Shown piece by piece: positions 24,616-38,212 of a DNA stretch of 64,000 nt (its first letter is position 1; the number at the start of each line of letters is the position of its first letter). Below the pieces are notes generated by a model. That model was not told the origin of the DNA. It saw nothing but the letters and a program-made list of their open reading frames with translations, and searched no databases. The translations under genes were made by a program, and so were the position numbers. Source of the stretch: Octopus vulgaris (lineage: Eukaryota); assembly GCA_951406725.2 (NCBI GenBank), contig OX597816.1, forward strand, positions 14,074,001 to 14,138,000, given 5' to 3'.

Positions 24616-25430
24616 TATACATATATATTTTATAATATATATGTATATCTTTTCATTTGTTTTGCTCGCTTACGTCCTGGCGTTTGCTAAATTTTCTTGA
24701 GAACATTCCTTTCTTAGTGGTGAGATCATAGGGGGTCGACCTCTAGCATATGGATGTCCACTTAGAGGTCATCCCTCTTATATGTATGTAATATATTTTT
24801 TCTGAATCTTCAGATTTTTCTATATGCTAGACCACTGGTTTTAAATTGATATTAATCAAATTAATATTCAATTTTTCACCCTTATTATTTTAAATTAAAA
24901 TTTAAATAACTATGTTCTCTAACCGGCAAAATTCACAGCAGAGAATTATTTCCGGTATTTTGGTGCGCCAAAACGAAGACTTCATTTCACGTTGCTCCGA
25001 TTCATTCAATTGTAGATGAGTAACTCTGTGACAGACAAGCATCCCATGTAGGGGAAATGCTCTGGTCCCGAGGAACCGGAATTATGAATCCTACGACTCG
25101 AAGACAGAAATGGCCAAAAGACCTACTTCTACTCTTTTATATTATTCAAAAGATTTTTTCCTAGTTTCCTGTTTTAGAAAATAGGTAAAATTTCCAAAAT
25201 AGGAAGTTAAATATCTTTTATCCTTTATTTGTTTCAGTAATTAGACTGGTCATGCTGAGGCACCGCTTGGAAGCATTTTAGTCGAGCGAATCGACCCTAG
25301 TACTGAAGTTTTAAAGCCTGGTACTATCGGTCGGTTTTGCCGAACCGATCAGTTACAGGAATATAAACACACAAACACAGGTTGTCAAGTGGTGGTGGTT
25401 GGGGTGGGGGCAAAGACACACACTCAAACG

Positions 25431-26790
25431 CAACATGGTTTCCGACCAGGAAGAAGCTGCCTAACTCAGCTCCTACAACACTATGACTGGGAGCTGAAAC
25501 GACTGCTCAACCACTCAAATGTGGAAGTGATACATCTCGACTTTGCAAAGGCCTTTGATAAAGTCGGTCATGGAATGATATGTCACAAACTGCGTGATCT
25601 TGGCATAGTTGGAAAATTGGGAGAATGGCTTCATGACTTTCTAAAGGATAGAAGCCAGGTGGTGGTAGCCAATGGGGCCACCTCCAATAACACGCAAATA
25701 GTGAGTGGTGTTCCGCAAGGCACTGCTTTGCGACCACTGCTGTTCATAATGGCCCTCTCAGACATGCCCTCAGCCACGCAGAGAGCCACGACCACAAGTT
25801 ATGCAGATGATACAAAAGTTTCACGAGTAATACAAAACCCTGAAGACACTATGCACCTGCAATGTGAGCTGGACGAAATATACAAGTGGGCTGAAAATAA
25901 TAGCATGCAGTTCAATGCTGAAAAGTTTCAAGCTTTATGCTATCAGCATACAAAACTAAATACAATACCCAATAAATACACTGGACCTGGAGGGATTGCA
26001 ATCCCAGAGGCATAATCAGTGCGTGACCTGGGTATTTACATGAGTGATGATGCAACCTTTCATGTGCATGTTGCTAAATTGGCAATGAAATGTAGGCGGC
26101 TGACTGGATGGATTCTTAGAGCTTTTAGAACAAGAGATCAGGAAACTATGATGGTCCTCTGGAGGACACTTGTCCTAAGCCACTTTGACTATTGCTCTCA
26201 GCAATAGTTTTAAATTAATCACAGAACTTGAGGCAAACCAACGAAGCTACACGAAGAAGATAGCCTCTATGCAGCATATAAGCTATTGGGAAAGACTCAA
26301 GAGATTAAGACTCTATTCCTTAGAGCGTAGGCTCTAAGATATGCCATAATATACATCTGGAAGATCCTGGAAGGACTTGTCCCAAATTTTGGCATCGAGT
26401 GTTACACAAATACTAGAACTAGGCGCCACTACATAGTGCCAAGGACTCCAAATTTGCCATCAAGATGTAGGACAAGATACTGCGATAACCTGGGCTTCAG
26501 AGGTCCACAGCTCTTCAATATCCTACCGAAGGACCCGAGAGACCTGCATGGGGTGGATGCAGATGTCTTTAAAATAAAACTGGACCTCCTCCTGTCAGGT
26601 GTCCCAAATGAAGTAACTTCACAGCAGGAGGTGCAGATGAGGGCAGCTGCATCAAACTCTCTCATGCACCAATTGTCAATTGCTAAAAAGCATTCGTGAA
26701 GTAAAATCATGTAGCAACACCGAATGGCGGTGCCCCAGCATGGCCATATTTCGTGAGCGGAAACTAGATGAAAATGAAAAATGAAAATGA
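25431..26790 (+). mobile_element. 5'-truncated CR1/L2-group LINE (RT pseudogene plus 3' UTR) inserted in a family A SINE
   Basis: QHGFRPGRSCLTQLL, LDFAKAFDKV, SGVPQGT, YADDTK and RDLGI motifs with stops; (GAAAAT)n-like tail; SINE halves at 25213-25430 and 26791-26960 (-). Confidence 0.9.
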
Positions 26791-28129
26791 TAGACATGCA
26801 TACATATATACATATATAGACGACTGGCTTCATTCTGTTTCCGTATAACAAATCCACCCATAAAGCTTTGGTTGGCTCTAGGCTATAGTTAAAGACAGTT
26901 GGCGAAGTTACCATGCAGTGGGACTGAACCCGGAACCATGTGGTTGGGAAGCAAGCTTCTTTATTTCATTACATTTGCCATAAAGGCAGTACAGAGAGTA
27001 AAGTAGCTTTCCGGGCTGGACAAGGACATTAATGAAACGAATGATAATGAAAGAAAGATGATAAGGATGGGAGAAGACAAAAAGCGCCCGCCGACTTCTG
27101 CTTCTCTAAAACATTGTTCTTCAAAACCAAACAAAACGAGGTATTAAACCTCTTACAACTTTTACAACTTTTCAATTTTTGGACTTAACAGTCCATTACA
27201 AACAACAACATTGTTTTAGGACAAATCTTTAGACTATCCCTGTGAATTGAAATCGGTGTTGTGAAATTTAGCAATATGTCTACCACGAAGTTATTTTCAG
27301 CAATGTAAGTCATATAAAGCTTAATGCCAGATCCGAACTCATGTCTGGAGTCACGTAAGCAGTAATTCCTCTACAAACTATTGCATCATATATAGAATTA
27401 GTAACTATTTTACAAATACTATGCTACCTAATTGTTGCTACTTCGATTGCCAAGCTACGAAGGAAAAGGAGGAGCGCAAATTAGCTGTTGTCGACCGCAA
27501 AAAAAAAATATTTTATTACTTGCTGTAACGCAAACCAACGTTAAATATAAATTCTAAAGAAGTGTTGTTAGGACCGAGTGAGAATAAATAGAAACAAACT
27601 GCGAACAAAAATACATCACAAATCCATTACTATTCTTACATTCTTTCGATTTCCTGTAATTCATATCTCCGAAAACAAATCACGCTTCAGTGAAATCTCG
27701 TGAAGTTTGTCTTGAAAAACATAGCATATGTAACTCTAATCCATCATTCACAACGTTTAGTTTGCAGGAAGTTAGCCATTATCTTACAGGACGAAAGCAT
27801 CACTAACTGCTGTCGTCTGGACGCCGTCAAGAAGATATATTTTAAAATTGCATTCTTTAAGATTTTTACTGCCTCTAGGAATTGCGAGATCGAATTACGA
27901 GATCGATTTCATAAACAGAACTAATAAAATTTTCAAGATGTAGCGTTTGTTTTGGAAGAAGTAGACCCAAATGTGAGTTTCTTTTTTTATATCTTTTTTA
28001 TCTTTTGCCTTTTACTTGTTCCAGTAATTTGACTGCGGTCATGCTGGGGCACTACCTCGAAGAGTTTAGCCGAACAAATCGCCCCCAGGGTTTAATTTTT
28101 AAAGTACGGTACATATTCTATCAGTATAA

Positions 28130-28361
28130 GGCGGCGAGCTGGCTGAAACGTTAGCACGCCGAGCGAAATGCGTAGCCGTATTTCGTCTGCCGTTACGTTC
28201 TGAGTTCAAATTCCGCCGAGGTCGACTTTACCTTTCATCCCTTTCGGGGTCGATTAAATAAGTACCAGTTACGCACTGGGGTCGATGTAATCGACTTAAT
28301 CCGTTTGTCTGTCCTTGTTTGTCCTCTCTGTGTTTAGCCCCTTGTGAGTAGTAAAGAAATA
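28130..28361 (+). mobile_element. Family B SINE monomer nested in a family A tail (27995-28460, minus)
   Basis: TSD ggtacatattctatca at 28108-28123 and 28362-28377. Confidence 0.9.
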
Positions 28362-28819
28362 GGTACATATTCTATCAATTTGTAACGCCGAACCGCTAAG
28401 TTATGTAGACGTGCCAGACAACGCCAGTTGTCGAGCTATCTGGGGTTCAACACAGTGAAACGCACGCACGCATGTACCAACGCACGCATGTACGCACGCA
28501 CGCACGCACGTACGCACGCACGAACGCACGCATACACAAACTCACGCATATATATTGATATATATCGTTTCTATTATGCAAAAGTGTCGTAAGTCCAAAA
28601 CGTCGCTTTTTCAGAAAACGAAAAAATAGTTTCACCATTCCTTAGCAAAACCGTTGTATTACACTTTGACAATTTTTGATATCTTGGCATATGAGGCAGC
28701 TGGAGATACGATAGTTTGACCAAAAGAACCAACAATTAAATACTGAAAACAACACATTTGGCCAAATTTGGACATACGACAGTTTAACATAATATCAACG
28801 ATATTTATATATATATATA

Positions 28820-29263
28820 CAGGTTGTTGTCGACTTACATCCTATCCGACTTACGACCGATCGACTTTACGACGATTGGAGCGCCAGCTCCCGGCTGTAA
28901 TAATACATAGTCCAACTGAAATCTAATGGGTTTAATTTCTGAGAAATTATCCCGCCTACGAATGATGTCAGCAAACAAACGCTTACCCTAGGTTTGGTTT
29001 TCGATTGCCACTGTGGTTATCCCAAGTGTTAGATGAATATCCTGTTGCAGAGATATCGAAGCAGTTTCGTAGTTTCTTAGACAACTGTTTGATACTCCGA
29101 ACAAATAACACTGTTGTAGTATACTATAGAATGCTGTGTGTGACTTTTACCTGAGAATGCACCTTAAGAATGTAAATATATAATGCAAAGCTATGTAGGT
29201 CTATAGGCCGAATTACGACCAGTCAGTCTGAACCAATTGTGATCGTAAGTCGACGACGACCTG
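28820..29263. mobile_element. pogo/Tigger-like MITE
   Basis: TA|caggttgttgtcgacttac ... gtaagtcgacgacgacctg|TA; internal repeats of cgacttacga. Confidence 0.85.
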
Positions 29264-29286
29264 TATATATTTATATATATATATAT

Positions 29287-29856
<570 letters not shown>

Positions 29857-30069
29857 AAAAGAAAAGAATATATATATATATATATATATGAGGGGCTTCC
29901 ACACAGTTTCCGTCTTTGAACTACCTTCTCAAGGCGTTGTCGGCTCGGGGCTATAAGTAGAAGTCACTTGTCCAAGGTACTGCGCAGAAGGACTGAACCC
30001 GAGACCCCATGATTGCGAAGTCAAATTCTTAACAACACACCCGTACCTACGCTCATACACCTACGAGAA

Positions 30070-30490
30070 AAGGTGAATTGCAGTGTCTTTAAAGTGTCCA
30101 AACAATTTGGACGTTATTTTCTTCTTTGATAACTGTTGAAACATTTTCGCCAATGGCTTCGAAAAGATCTTGCAACATGTAAAAAATATTGACGTTTTTC
30201 TAAATCGTTGTTTTCCGCACGTAGCGCAAAAATAATTGCATGTCTTTTCAGTCCCCCTGCAAGCATTTTGTCTGCCATAATGTATCTGAAAGAAATAAAA
30301 TCGTTTTGAGTGGTTGCAAGTATACGCCATTGAAAAATCCTAAAAACACCGAATTGCGTGTTACTTTCTGATACGAGGAGGAATTTTCTTCTCTCTCTGT
30401 TATTTATTGTTCTTAATCTCAGGACAAATGCTACAGTAACTACCAAAACTACAGTGCATGTACATTGAGTATACTATGTAGGTTATTTTA
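30070..30490 (-). pseudogene. N-terminal remnant of an IS630/Tc1/mariner-type transposase
   Basis: MADKMLAGGLKRHAIIFALRAENNDLE...FLHVARSF resembles the HTH N-terminus of invertebrate Tc1/mariner-like transposases; frameshifted. Confidence 0.45.
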
Positions 30491-30530
30491 ATTAAATGCT
30501 GTCTCGTTATATATATATATATATATATAG

Positions 30531-30561
<31 letters not shown>

Positions 30562-30670
30562 CATATATATATAAAGATATAAATATACATACATACATAC
30601 ATACATACATATAAACATACATACATACATACATACATACATACATACATACATACATACATACACACAC

Positions 30671-31556
30671 AATAGAAAACTCCGTGAGGAAAGTAACATC
30701 GATCATCAAAGCAGTTTATCGTGAACCAATAGCCGGATTACTGCCTCCCACTTTGAAGGGTAAACGTTTGTAATCCAGGAACAGGAAATATCAACCAAGT
30801 ACCTGATGCACAAAAGATGCAGGAAAAGCCGTAAAATATGACAACCGATGCAGACTTTGTGGAGTTCACGCTGAAGATATCCACATTATAAGCAGTTGTC
30901 CGAAAATGTCATCACGGTATAATCTCCTGATGAGACATGATGTTGTAGTTAGGACACTCAATAATGAAATCCGTCTGAAGGATAATCCTGAAGACAAAGA
31001 AATAAGAACCCACAATATGGTTAGAAGCCGTAACCACTCATAATAAAAAAGAATCCTGGTGGAATGTAACAGTGAAGACCTCAATAAAATGTAAGCACAA
31101 CTGACCTGATATAATGATTTGGGATTGAGAAGAGAAACTGCACAGTTGTGGAAATTAGTTGCCCAGCGGGTGTTAACATAAAGATGGAGATCAGTGTAAA
31201 AGAGAATACCTACACTGAGCTATTGAGAAATCTGCAATTACTCTATCCACATTACAAGTTCAGGTTTATACCTGTAATTAATGGGGCCCTAAGATATGTA
31301 ACACACTGCCAAAAAACCAATCTTGAGAAGTTAAGATTCTCAAAACAAGAAAGGAGAAAGCTAATCTGAAGACTACAGATCTGATCCATCACTGGAACTG
31401 TAAAAATCTGTAAAACTTTCCAGACGTTTATCATTTAAATATATATGAGCATGTGTAGATATGTAACTATATGCGTGGGAATACATACATAAAACACAAA
31501 TCTGCATATACATACATACATACATACATACATACATACATACATACATACATACA

Positions 31557-31587
<31 letters not shown>

Positions 31588-31690
31588 CCAGTTGTTAATA
31601 TTGAAATTCCAATGAAGGAGCCATAGATTTAGGTTAGAAACCGGTTCTGTTTCTATTGGCATGAAATATTGAAATAAACTGAATACTGAT
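30671..31690 (+). mobile_element. 5'-truncated R4/Dong-like RLE non-LTR retrotransposon, copy 1
   Basis: RCRLCGVHAEDI.HIISSCPKMSSRYNLLMRHDVV (CCHC knuckle + RHD), PD motif, VEISCP, KENTY, GTVKICK; the 3' UTR has internal (CATA)n and AATAAA; flanked by (CATA)n at 30585-30664 and (CA)/(CATA)n at 31692-31846. Confidence 0.85.
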
Positions 31691-31733
<43 letters not shown>

Positions 31734-32869
31734 TACACACACACATACATACACACATACATACATACATACATACATACATACATACATACATACATAC
31801 ATACATACATACATACATACATACATACATACATACATACATACATAATTTATTTAATCAACAATTTAATATACTATCTAAAAAGGATTCTCACCTTAAA
31901 AACTAACATTTTAACAGCAAAAGAAAATTAAAATAAAATTCTAAAGTTCTGAAAAGTAGCTCTATCTATTAACCCTGAATGGTTTTCAATCATTGCTCTA
32001 TGGCCATGCTGGAGCACTGTTTCTTTGGTTATAGGAAGGTCAATGACATTGATCTCACTACTTTATATTATCGACTGGCATTTTGTCCAGCAGACGACTG
32101 TTTCTGCCATACATTTATCCATCCGCCATTGTACTTCTCTTTTCGTTTTATTATTTTATTTCCGATAAATATTTCCAGTATTAGCAGCTATTTTTCTTTA
32201 TTTAACATTACATTTCATGGAGAATGTTCCCATAAAAAAACAACAGCCATTTTCTGTTTATCAGTTGACGTCATTTCCGCTTTTGGATAATATTTCTCGA
32301 GAATATTACAGCATCAATCATTATTTTAAGAGAAGTTCCATAAAACCGGCTGCTGTCGTTTCGTTATTAATTTTATGCTCCTATTTCTGACTGAAACGAA
32401 AATGGCCAGCAATAAATATTGCCAGAGACTTTAAAGAAATACTGTTTTATATCACGTTTTTCTATATTATCTAAGAACGGCCTTTACGGAAATAACCCAA
32501 TACTTGAGCCACTCTGAGAACCTTTCTGGGACGTTCAGCTGACATTAAAAAAAAGGGGGAAAACTATACTATTGAAGGTCTTCTCATTGACCCTAATGTT
32601 TACTGAGAAGTTATGATGTTCATCCTTCATAGAAAATGCAGTTGTATAGGAACTGCTTACACAACTGCTCAACGACTGGTACATCGATAAGGAGCTCTGA
32701 GAGGCAGGGAAGGGCCCGTGAATATTTGCTGGGCGCCTCCTTTAAAAGACAAAAAAAAAAAAAGAAACGCACTTCGAAATTTGAGAGGACATCGCCTTCT
32801 TAAGGCTCGAAAGCTGCATTGACTTGTCTTGCCAAATTTCCCTCGGAATCTCAACTCATTAGGGTAACT

Positions 32870-33150
32870 GTAGCGTGGCTAGGGGTGGATAAAGGAGACA
32901 GTCCTCCTCAGGCGGCGCTTTTTATGAGGGCGGTGATTTTGGGTCTGTTGTATCAGCCTGTATAGGTTTGGGAGTCCCGTGGGGAAGGTGAAAAACTCAA
33001 GGGTTCTCGCAGGTGGCATATACCAACCAATCAGGGTGGTAGACACAACAAGGTCCAAAACAGCGACCAAAGGTTAGCAGTTACCTGCTACGTTTGTATG
33101 TATGTATATATGATAGAGTGAGGAAGTTCACTAGAGTTCGCTACATACTA
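32870..33150 (+). repeat. Unclassified dispersed repeat
   Basis: 32870-32952 resembles 63136-63215; 33022-33110 resembles 58950-59040. Confidence 0.5.
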
Positions 33151-33169
33151 AACGTTCGTTTGTTTACTG

Positions 33170-33430
33170 CAATGGCTCCTAGAGTGGGCAGTACTTCCCC
33201 CTTGGGTGCGAGGGCGAGATCCAGGGAGACATTGAAGAAAAGTAGGGTGATAATGGAGTAGCCAAATCCCAAATAAAGGGTTCATTATGTTCAGTTTTAT
33301 TTGTGAAATACGATGGTTTTGAATTTGCTGTAGAATGTGGTCTATATTTGTTGTGATGAGTAGGCGGCAACATAGGTTTGTGATACGGGTGTCAAAGGGG
33401 TACCAGCCTGAAAATGTTTAGGAGCCACTG
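33170..33430. mobile_element. hAT (Charlie-like) MITE
   Basis: TIRs caatggctccta / taggagccactg; 8-bp TSD gtttactg (33162-33169) / gtttattg (33431-33438). Confidence 0.75.
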
Positions 33431-34006
33431 GTTTATTGTTCTGAATTGTGAGTACCTAGAAAAGCTGGTACACAAAATCCCATGTCAAAACTAGAAGTGA
33501 TTTAGGGTGTTACGTGAAGTGGAAAGGAGGCACTCTACAGTGCCGCCCAAGATAGCTCTTCAGTTTGCTCCCCACTTCACATTTGTTTCAATGCAGTCTA
33601 TACGGGTTTATATGCCAGACCCAAAATATCGTAAGTCGATCCGGTTGTATGTCGGATTTAGATTTTTCACCATTATTTTCATTCAAACGCAACTGATACT
33701 TTGAAAGCGAATGAGAGGCCTGCGTTGCCAGAGGCTGTCATAGTTATTATAAGCGCAGCTGCCCAACGTCCAAAAATCGATTATTTATTTATTTATTTAT
33801 TTAAAAAAATTTGTGATCATAAGCCGCATGGGTCGTAAGTCGAGGAAATGGTGTACTCTTAGCAGCGACTGGCTAAAATGTAGCCTAGAATCACCTGATA
33901 GAATCACCATCGTTTGTTACTGGGCTGACGCGGTTTCGGTTCGTATGCTGAGTACCGCTACAAAAGGAAGGGAATGTCCCTAAACATATACATTTTTTTT
34001 TTCATT

Positions 34007-34314
34007 TATGCGCCCTTTTCAAGCCTGGTCAGGCTCATGGGCCCGGTTTCCCGGTTTCTGTGGCGTATGTATTCCCCCCAGTTGGACGGGACGTCAGTCC
34101 ATCGCAGCGTTACCCAAGAAACAGGAAGAGAAAGTGAGAGAAAGTTGGGGCGAAAGAGTACAACAGGGTTCACCACCACCCACTGCCGTAGCATCGTGGA
34201 TCTTTTTAGGTGTTTTCGCTCAATAAACATACATAACGCCCGGTCTGGGAATCGAAACCGCGATCCTCCGACCGCGAGTCCGCTGCCCTAACCACTGGGC
34301 CATTGCGCCTCCAC
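34007..34314 (-). mobile_element. Family C SINE with tail shared with 41890-41988
   Basis: Reverse-complement head ggaggcgcaatggcccagtggttagg; tail gcgatggactgacgtcccgtcc...gaaaccgggcccatgagcctg. Confidence 0.85.
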
Positions 34315-34874
34315 ATATACATATACATGCTATATGTAAAATAATATAATGCACTGATAATCACAAACACGGCTTTTAAAGTTGATTGAAGCCAGTGATA
34401 TTCTCACGTGTTCTGTTGCCATCTGTTACTTTCGTTGACGCATTGGCTTTTTTGTTTTTTGTTAATTGAATCAAGGCCACACATTGAGGCAGACTGACGG
34501 CTGCACGCATGCGTGCGAAAGCGTGCGCGCGCACAGGCAAACACAGAGGGAAGGAAAGAAAGAAAGAAACGATGAAACAAAACCGTCATAGATGCATGAA
34601 GCAGAACAAGAAACACAAACGATAATGAAAACTATAAATGCGATTCGCAAACTGGGGAAGCAAAACTTTGTGACATATTTACTTGATACTCTGTATTTTG
34701 TGGCATATGTGTGATTCTGTGTGTGCGTGTGTGTGTGTGTGTGTGTGTTGAAGCAATGATCTCATCGTGTCACGCCCATGTGTACGTTGTGTGCTGTGTC
34801 GTTATGTGTGTGTATGTGTGGGCTATGCTTTGTGTGAGCGTATTATATGTTGAATGCATGTGTATGTGAATGTC

Positions 34875-35092
34875 TGTGAGAGAGATAGAGATAGAAATAA
34901 AGGAGAGAAAGGAGAGACAGAGGGAAAGGAGAGGCGGAGAGAAAGGAGAGACGGAGAGAAAGGAGAGACAGAAAGGTAGAGAAAGAAGGAGAGAGAGAGA
35001 GGAGACAGGCAGAAGTACAGACAAACAGCGTGTGAGAGTGCGTATATTCGTGTGTGTATGTATGTGTATGCCTATATATGTGTTACATGTAT

Positions 35093-35172
<80 letters not shown>

Positions 35173-35277
35173 AAGAGCGAGAGAAAGTGAGAGAGATAAA
35201 GAGAGAGAGAAAGTGGAAGAAATAGAGAGGGAGGATGAGAGAAGGAAGGAGAGAGAGAAAGACAGAGAGAGAAAAAA
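34875..35277. repeat. (GA)n-rich polypurine tract
   Basis: Direct inspection; similar tracts at 8870-9030, 47560-47800 and 54015-54630. Confidence 0.9.
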
Positions 35278-35527
35278 GTTGTTAGATGAATGTTCTACAT
35301 TTAACCTATAATTGTTACTAATGTCAAAACATTTAACTCTGAATGACCCACTCCACCCGTCTGTTAATAGGTACCATAGTAAGGTTGATGAGAAAAGTTT
35401 CATTAAGTCTGTAATGTTAAGATTTTAAGCTTAAATCTTTCTCTGTCTTTCAAGAAACTAGTTGGAGATCAATCCAGAGATATTACGCATCGTCTGTGAT
35501 GCTCGAATTAATGATGGATAAAGATAG

Positions 35528-35690
35528 GTGGAGGAATGGCTTGTGGTAAGATTCTTGCTTCCCAACTACATGGTTCTGGGTTCAGTCCCACTGTGTGGCA
35601 CCTTGGGCAAGCGTCTTTTACTATTATAGCCTTGAGCCAACCAAAGCCTTGTGAGTGGATTTGGTAGACGGAAACTGAAAGAAGCCCGTC

Positions 35691-35769
<79 letters not shown>

Positions 35770-35990
35770 TGTGTGCGTGTGTGTATTTGTTCCCCCACTA
35801 TCGCTTGATAACCGATGTTGATGTGTTTACGTCCCCGTAACTTATCAGTTGGCAAAAGAGACCAATAGAATAAGTACCAGGTTTTTAAAAAAAGTAAGTT
35901 TTGGTGTCGATTCGTTCTATAAAGATTCTTCAAAGCAATGTCCCAGCATGGCCGCAATCTAATGACTGAAACAAGCAAAAGATAAATGAT
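35528..35990 (+). mobile_element. Family A SINE
   Basis: Head, (TA)n(TG)n core and ccagcatggccgca...gactgaaacaag tail. Confidence 0.85.
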
Positions 35991-36274
35991 AAACGATAAA
36001 AGATATATTACTTGGTAATCAATTTGTTGCTTTGCTCCGAGTTAGCCTTGACCAGATCTAGAATACACAACCTTTAAAACGCTCTGTAAGGGGTCACATT
36101 ATTCAATGTACCCTTCTTTTTATAGCATGTGATTCGAAAGAGATTCGGCTGATTTTACTTCTAAGTCAAATGATAGCGTAGAATCTTCCTCGTTGTCTTA
36201 CTGGCAGCCATGTTTTGCAGGTATCTCACTTTTCAAGATCTTACGGTACCAGCTTGTCCTGTAATTTCAAAATA

Positions 36275-37094
36275 CAGGATTATTCAAAAAGAATGAACCG
36301 ATTTGATTACGCAATATTTTAATAAGGAAAAGGAATAGAAAACTCCAGCTGAGTCACAAGTATTTACTCACAACCACCTGCAACATGGGCAACATCAATG
36401 CGATAAGAGAAATCCTCCCAGACGTGTATCAGCATATCACGATCCATTGAGTTGATTGCTGTTTTTATTCGATGTTAGTGGGTAACAGTGGAACATAAAC
36501 GCGATCTTTTACATATCCTACAAAAAATAATCACACACAGTGAGGTCTGGGGATTTCGCAGACCAAGCACAAAGAGCAAGGTCTTGGGCCCCTTTCCGAC
36601 CAATTCATCGCTGGGACACATTTTAAACCCCTTTGTTACCAACCCGGCTGAAACCGGCTCTGGTTCTGAGTACAAATGTCTTGCTTTCATAAGTTTTAAA
36701 TTAAAACCTTCCACCAAACCTTAGCCACAATTAATGTTCCTAACTAAGTTATTTTACTAAATTCTTTGTTATATTTAAAGAAATTGAAAGAAACACAGAG
36801 CATCTCAAAATAAATACAGTAACGAAAGGGTTAAAAAAACAGCCGGAACCATCAGGTGCCAATGGGGCGGTGCTTCATCTTGCTGAAAAATGAAGTCATG
36901 CGAATCTGCTGGGAGGAATTCTCTTATTTCATTGATGTTGCCCGTGCTGCAGGTGGTAGCCACATTGAACACTTGTAAGAGGAAATAAAAGTTGATTGTG
37001 AGTAAATACTTGTGACTTGGCTGGAGTTTTCTATTACTTTTCCTTATTAAAATATTGTGTAATGAAATCGGTTCATTCTTTTTGAATAAGCCTG
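36275..37094. mobile_element. Tc1/mariner (DD37D-like) derivative built from two inverted 3' ends
   Basis: TA|cagg TIRs of ~100 bp; minus strand FIFQQDEAPPHW...SPDLTVCDYFL.GYVKDRVYVP...VWEDFSYRIDVA; the plus arm repeats WEEFSYFIDVARAAGGSHIEHL*. Confidence 0.85.
36627..36830. mobile_element. piggyBac-like MITE nested in the transposase fossil
   Basis: TTAA(a)cccctttgttac ... gtaacgaaaggg|TTAA; interrupts the transposase between the second and third catalytic aspartates. Confidence 0.8.
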
Positions 37095-37982
37095 AAGTAT
37101 TCGTGAAGCTTTTGCTTTCTTACAAGTTAACGTGGAACATCAGCTTTAAGGCCATCGTGAATCGGGTCAGTTTTACTTTACCGCTTGATAGTGGGGTTTG
37201 TTCTGCTGTTGGAAAGCCTGATAGAAAGTTCATTACTAAAAAACCCGATAGTTAAAACGTCGTCAGTAAGAAAACACTTGGCCCCCGGAGGGTGACACGT
37301 TGTTGTCAGACGTTCTTTTATAGAGGGCGGTTTAATGATCATTTGGCTGCTGTTAATAGCAAGACAATTGATAACGTAAAAGCTCTAGGTTTTCAGAGGG
37401 TGACACTCTGTTGTGAGAAGGTGCGTTATTCACAAGCCCGTAAGTCAGAATATTATATAAGATTTAGTGATTGCTGTATTTCAGCAATATTTTCTTATAA
37501 AACAATTATTTTCTTATAAAATTCTCTCGTAGACACAACTACTGAAAGTTGACGACAAAATGTCTGACGGCTTTTGAAAACTCGTTCAGGGTTGTGTCCC
37601 CGATGCCTTTTGAGACAACGAATCCGCGATTCCAGTTGCCTCGATTTCCGTTTGAGAGGAGGATACAGTTCTCCTTTGATAGCAGCGTCGTCTTGGAACT
37701 CCATGTTTGCAGGCGAATCCTTCTTTAAGTGAATAGATTACACAGAGTGTTAGATAGCAAACACTCACAGCTTGGTTAGCATCCCGGCTGAAGAGCGATA
37801 AAAGATAATTATCATTACAATTAGTGATCCGTGATTGGAGTGATAGCTGGCATTATTCATAATCATTAAGAGTGAATAACACTGAATGCAACGAGAACTA
37901 TACTCTGGAGGAAACATTAAATTAACTCATTTTCCACATCAACGGCGAGTAGCTGCCATTACAGTAGTTAGTATCAATATAT

Positions 37983-38212
37983 ACTCTCTTTACTCTTTTG
38001 CTTGTTTCAGTCGTTTGACTGTGGCCATGCTGGAGCACCACCTTATTCTTTGTAAGCCGAGTACTTATTCTATCGGTCTCTTTTGCCGAACCGCTAAGTT
38101 ACGGGGGACGTAAACACACCAGCGTCGGTTGTCAAGCGATGTTGGGAGGACACACACAGACACACAAACATAGACACACACACACACACACACACACATA
38201 TCCATATATACG
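37983..38212 (-). mobile_element. Family A SINE 3' half
   Basis: ttgtttcagtcgtttgactgtggccatgctggagcacc...gccgaaccgctaagttacggg. Confidence 0.85.
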
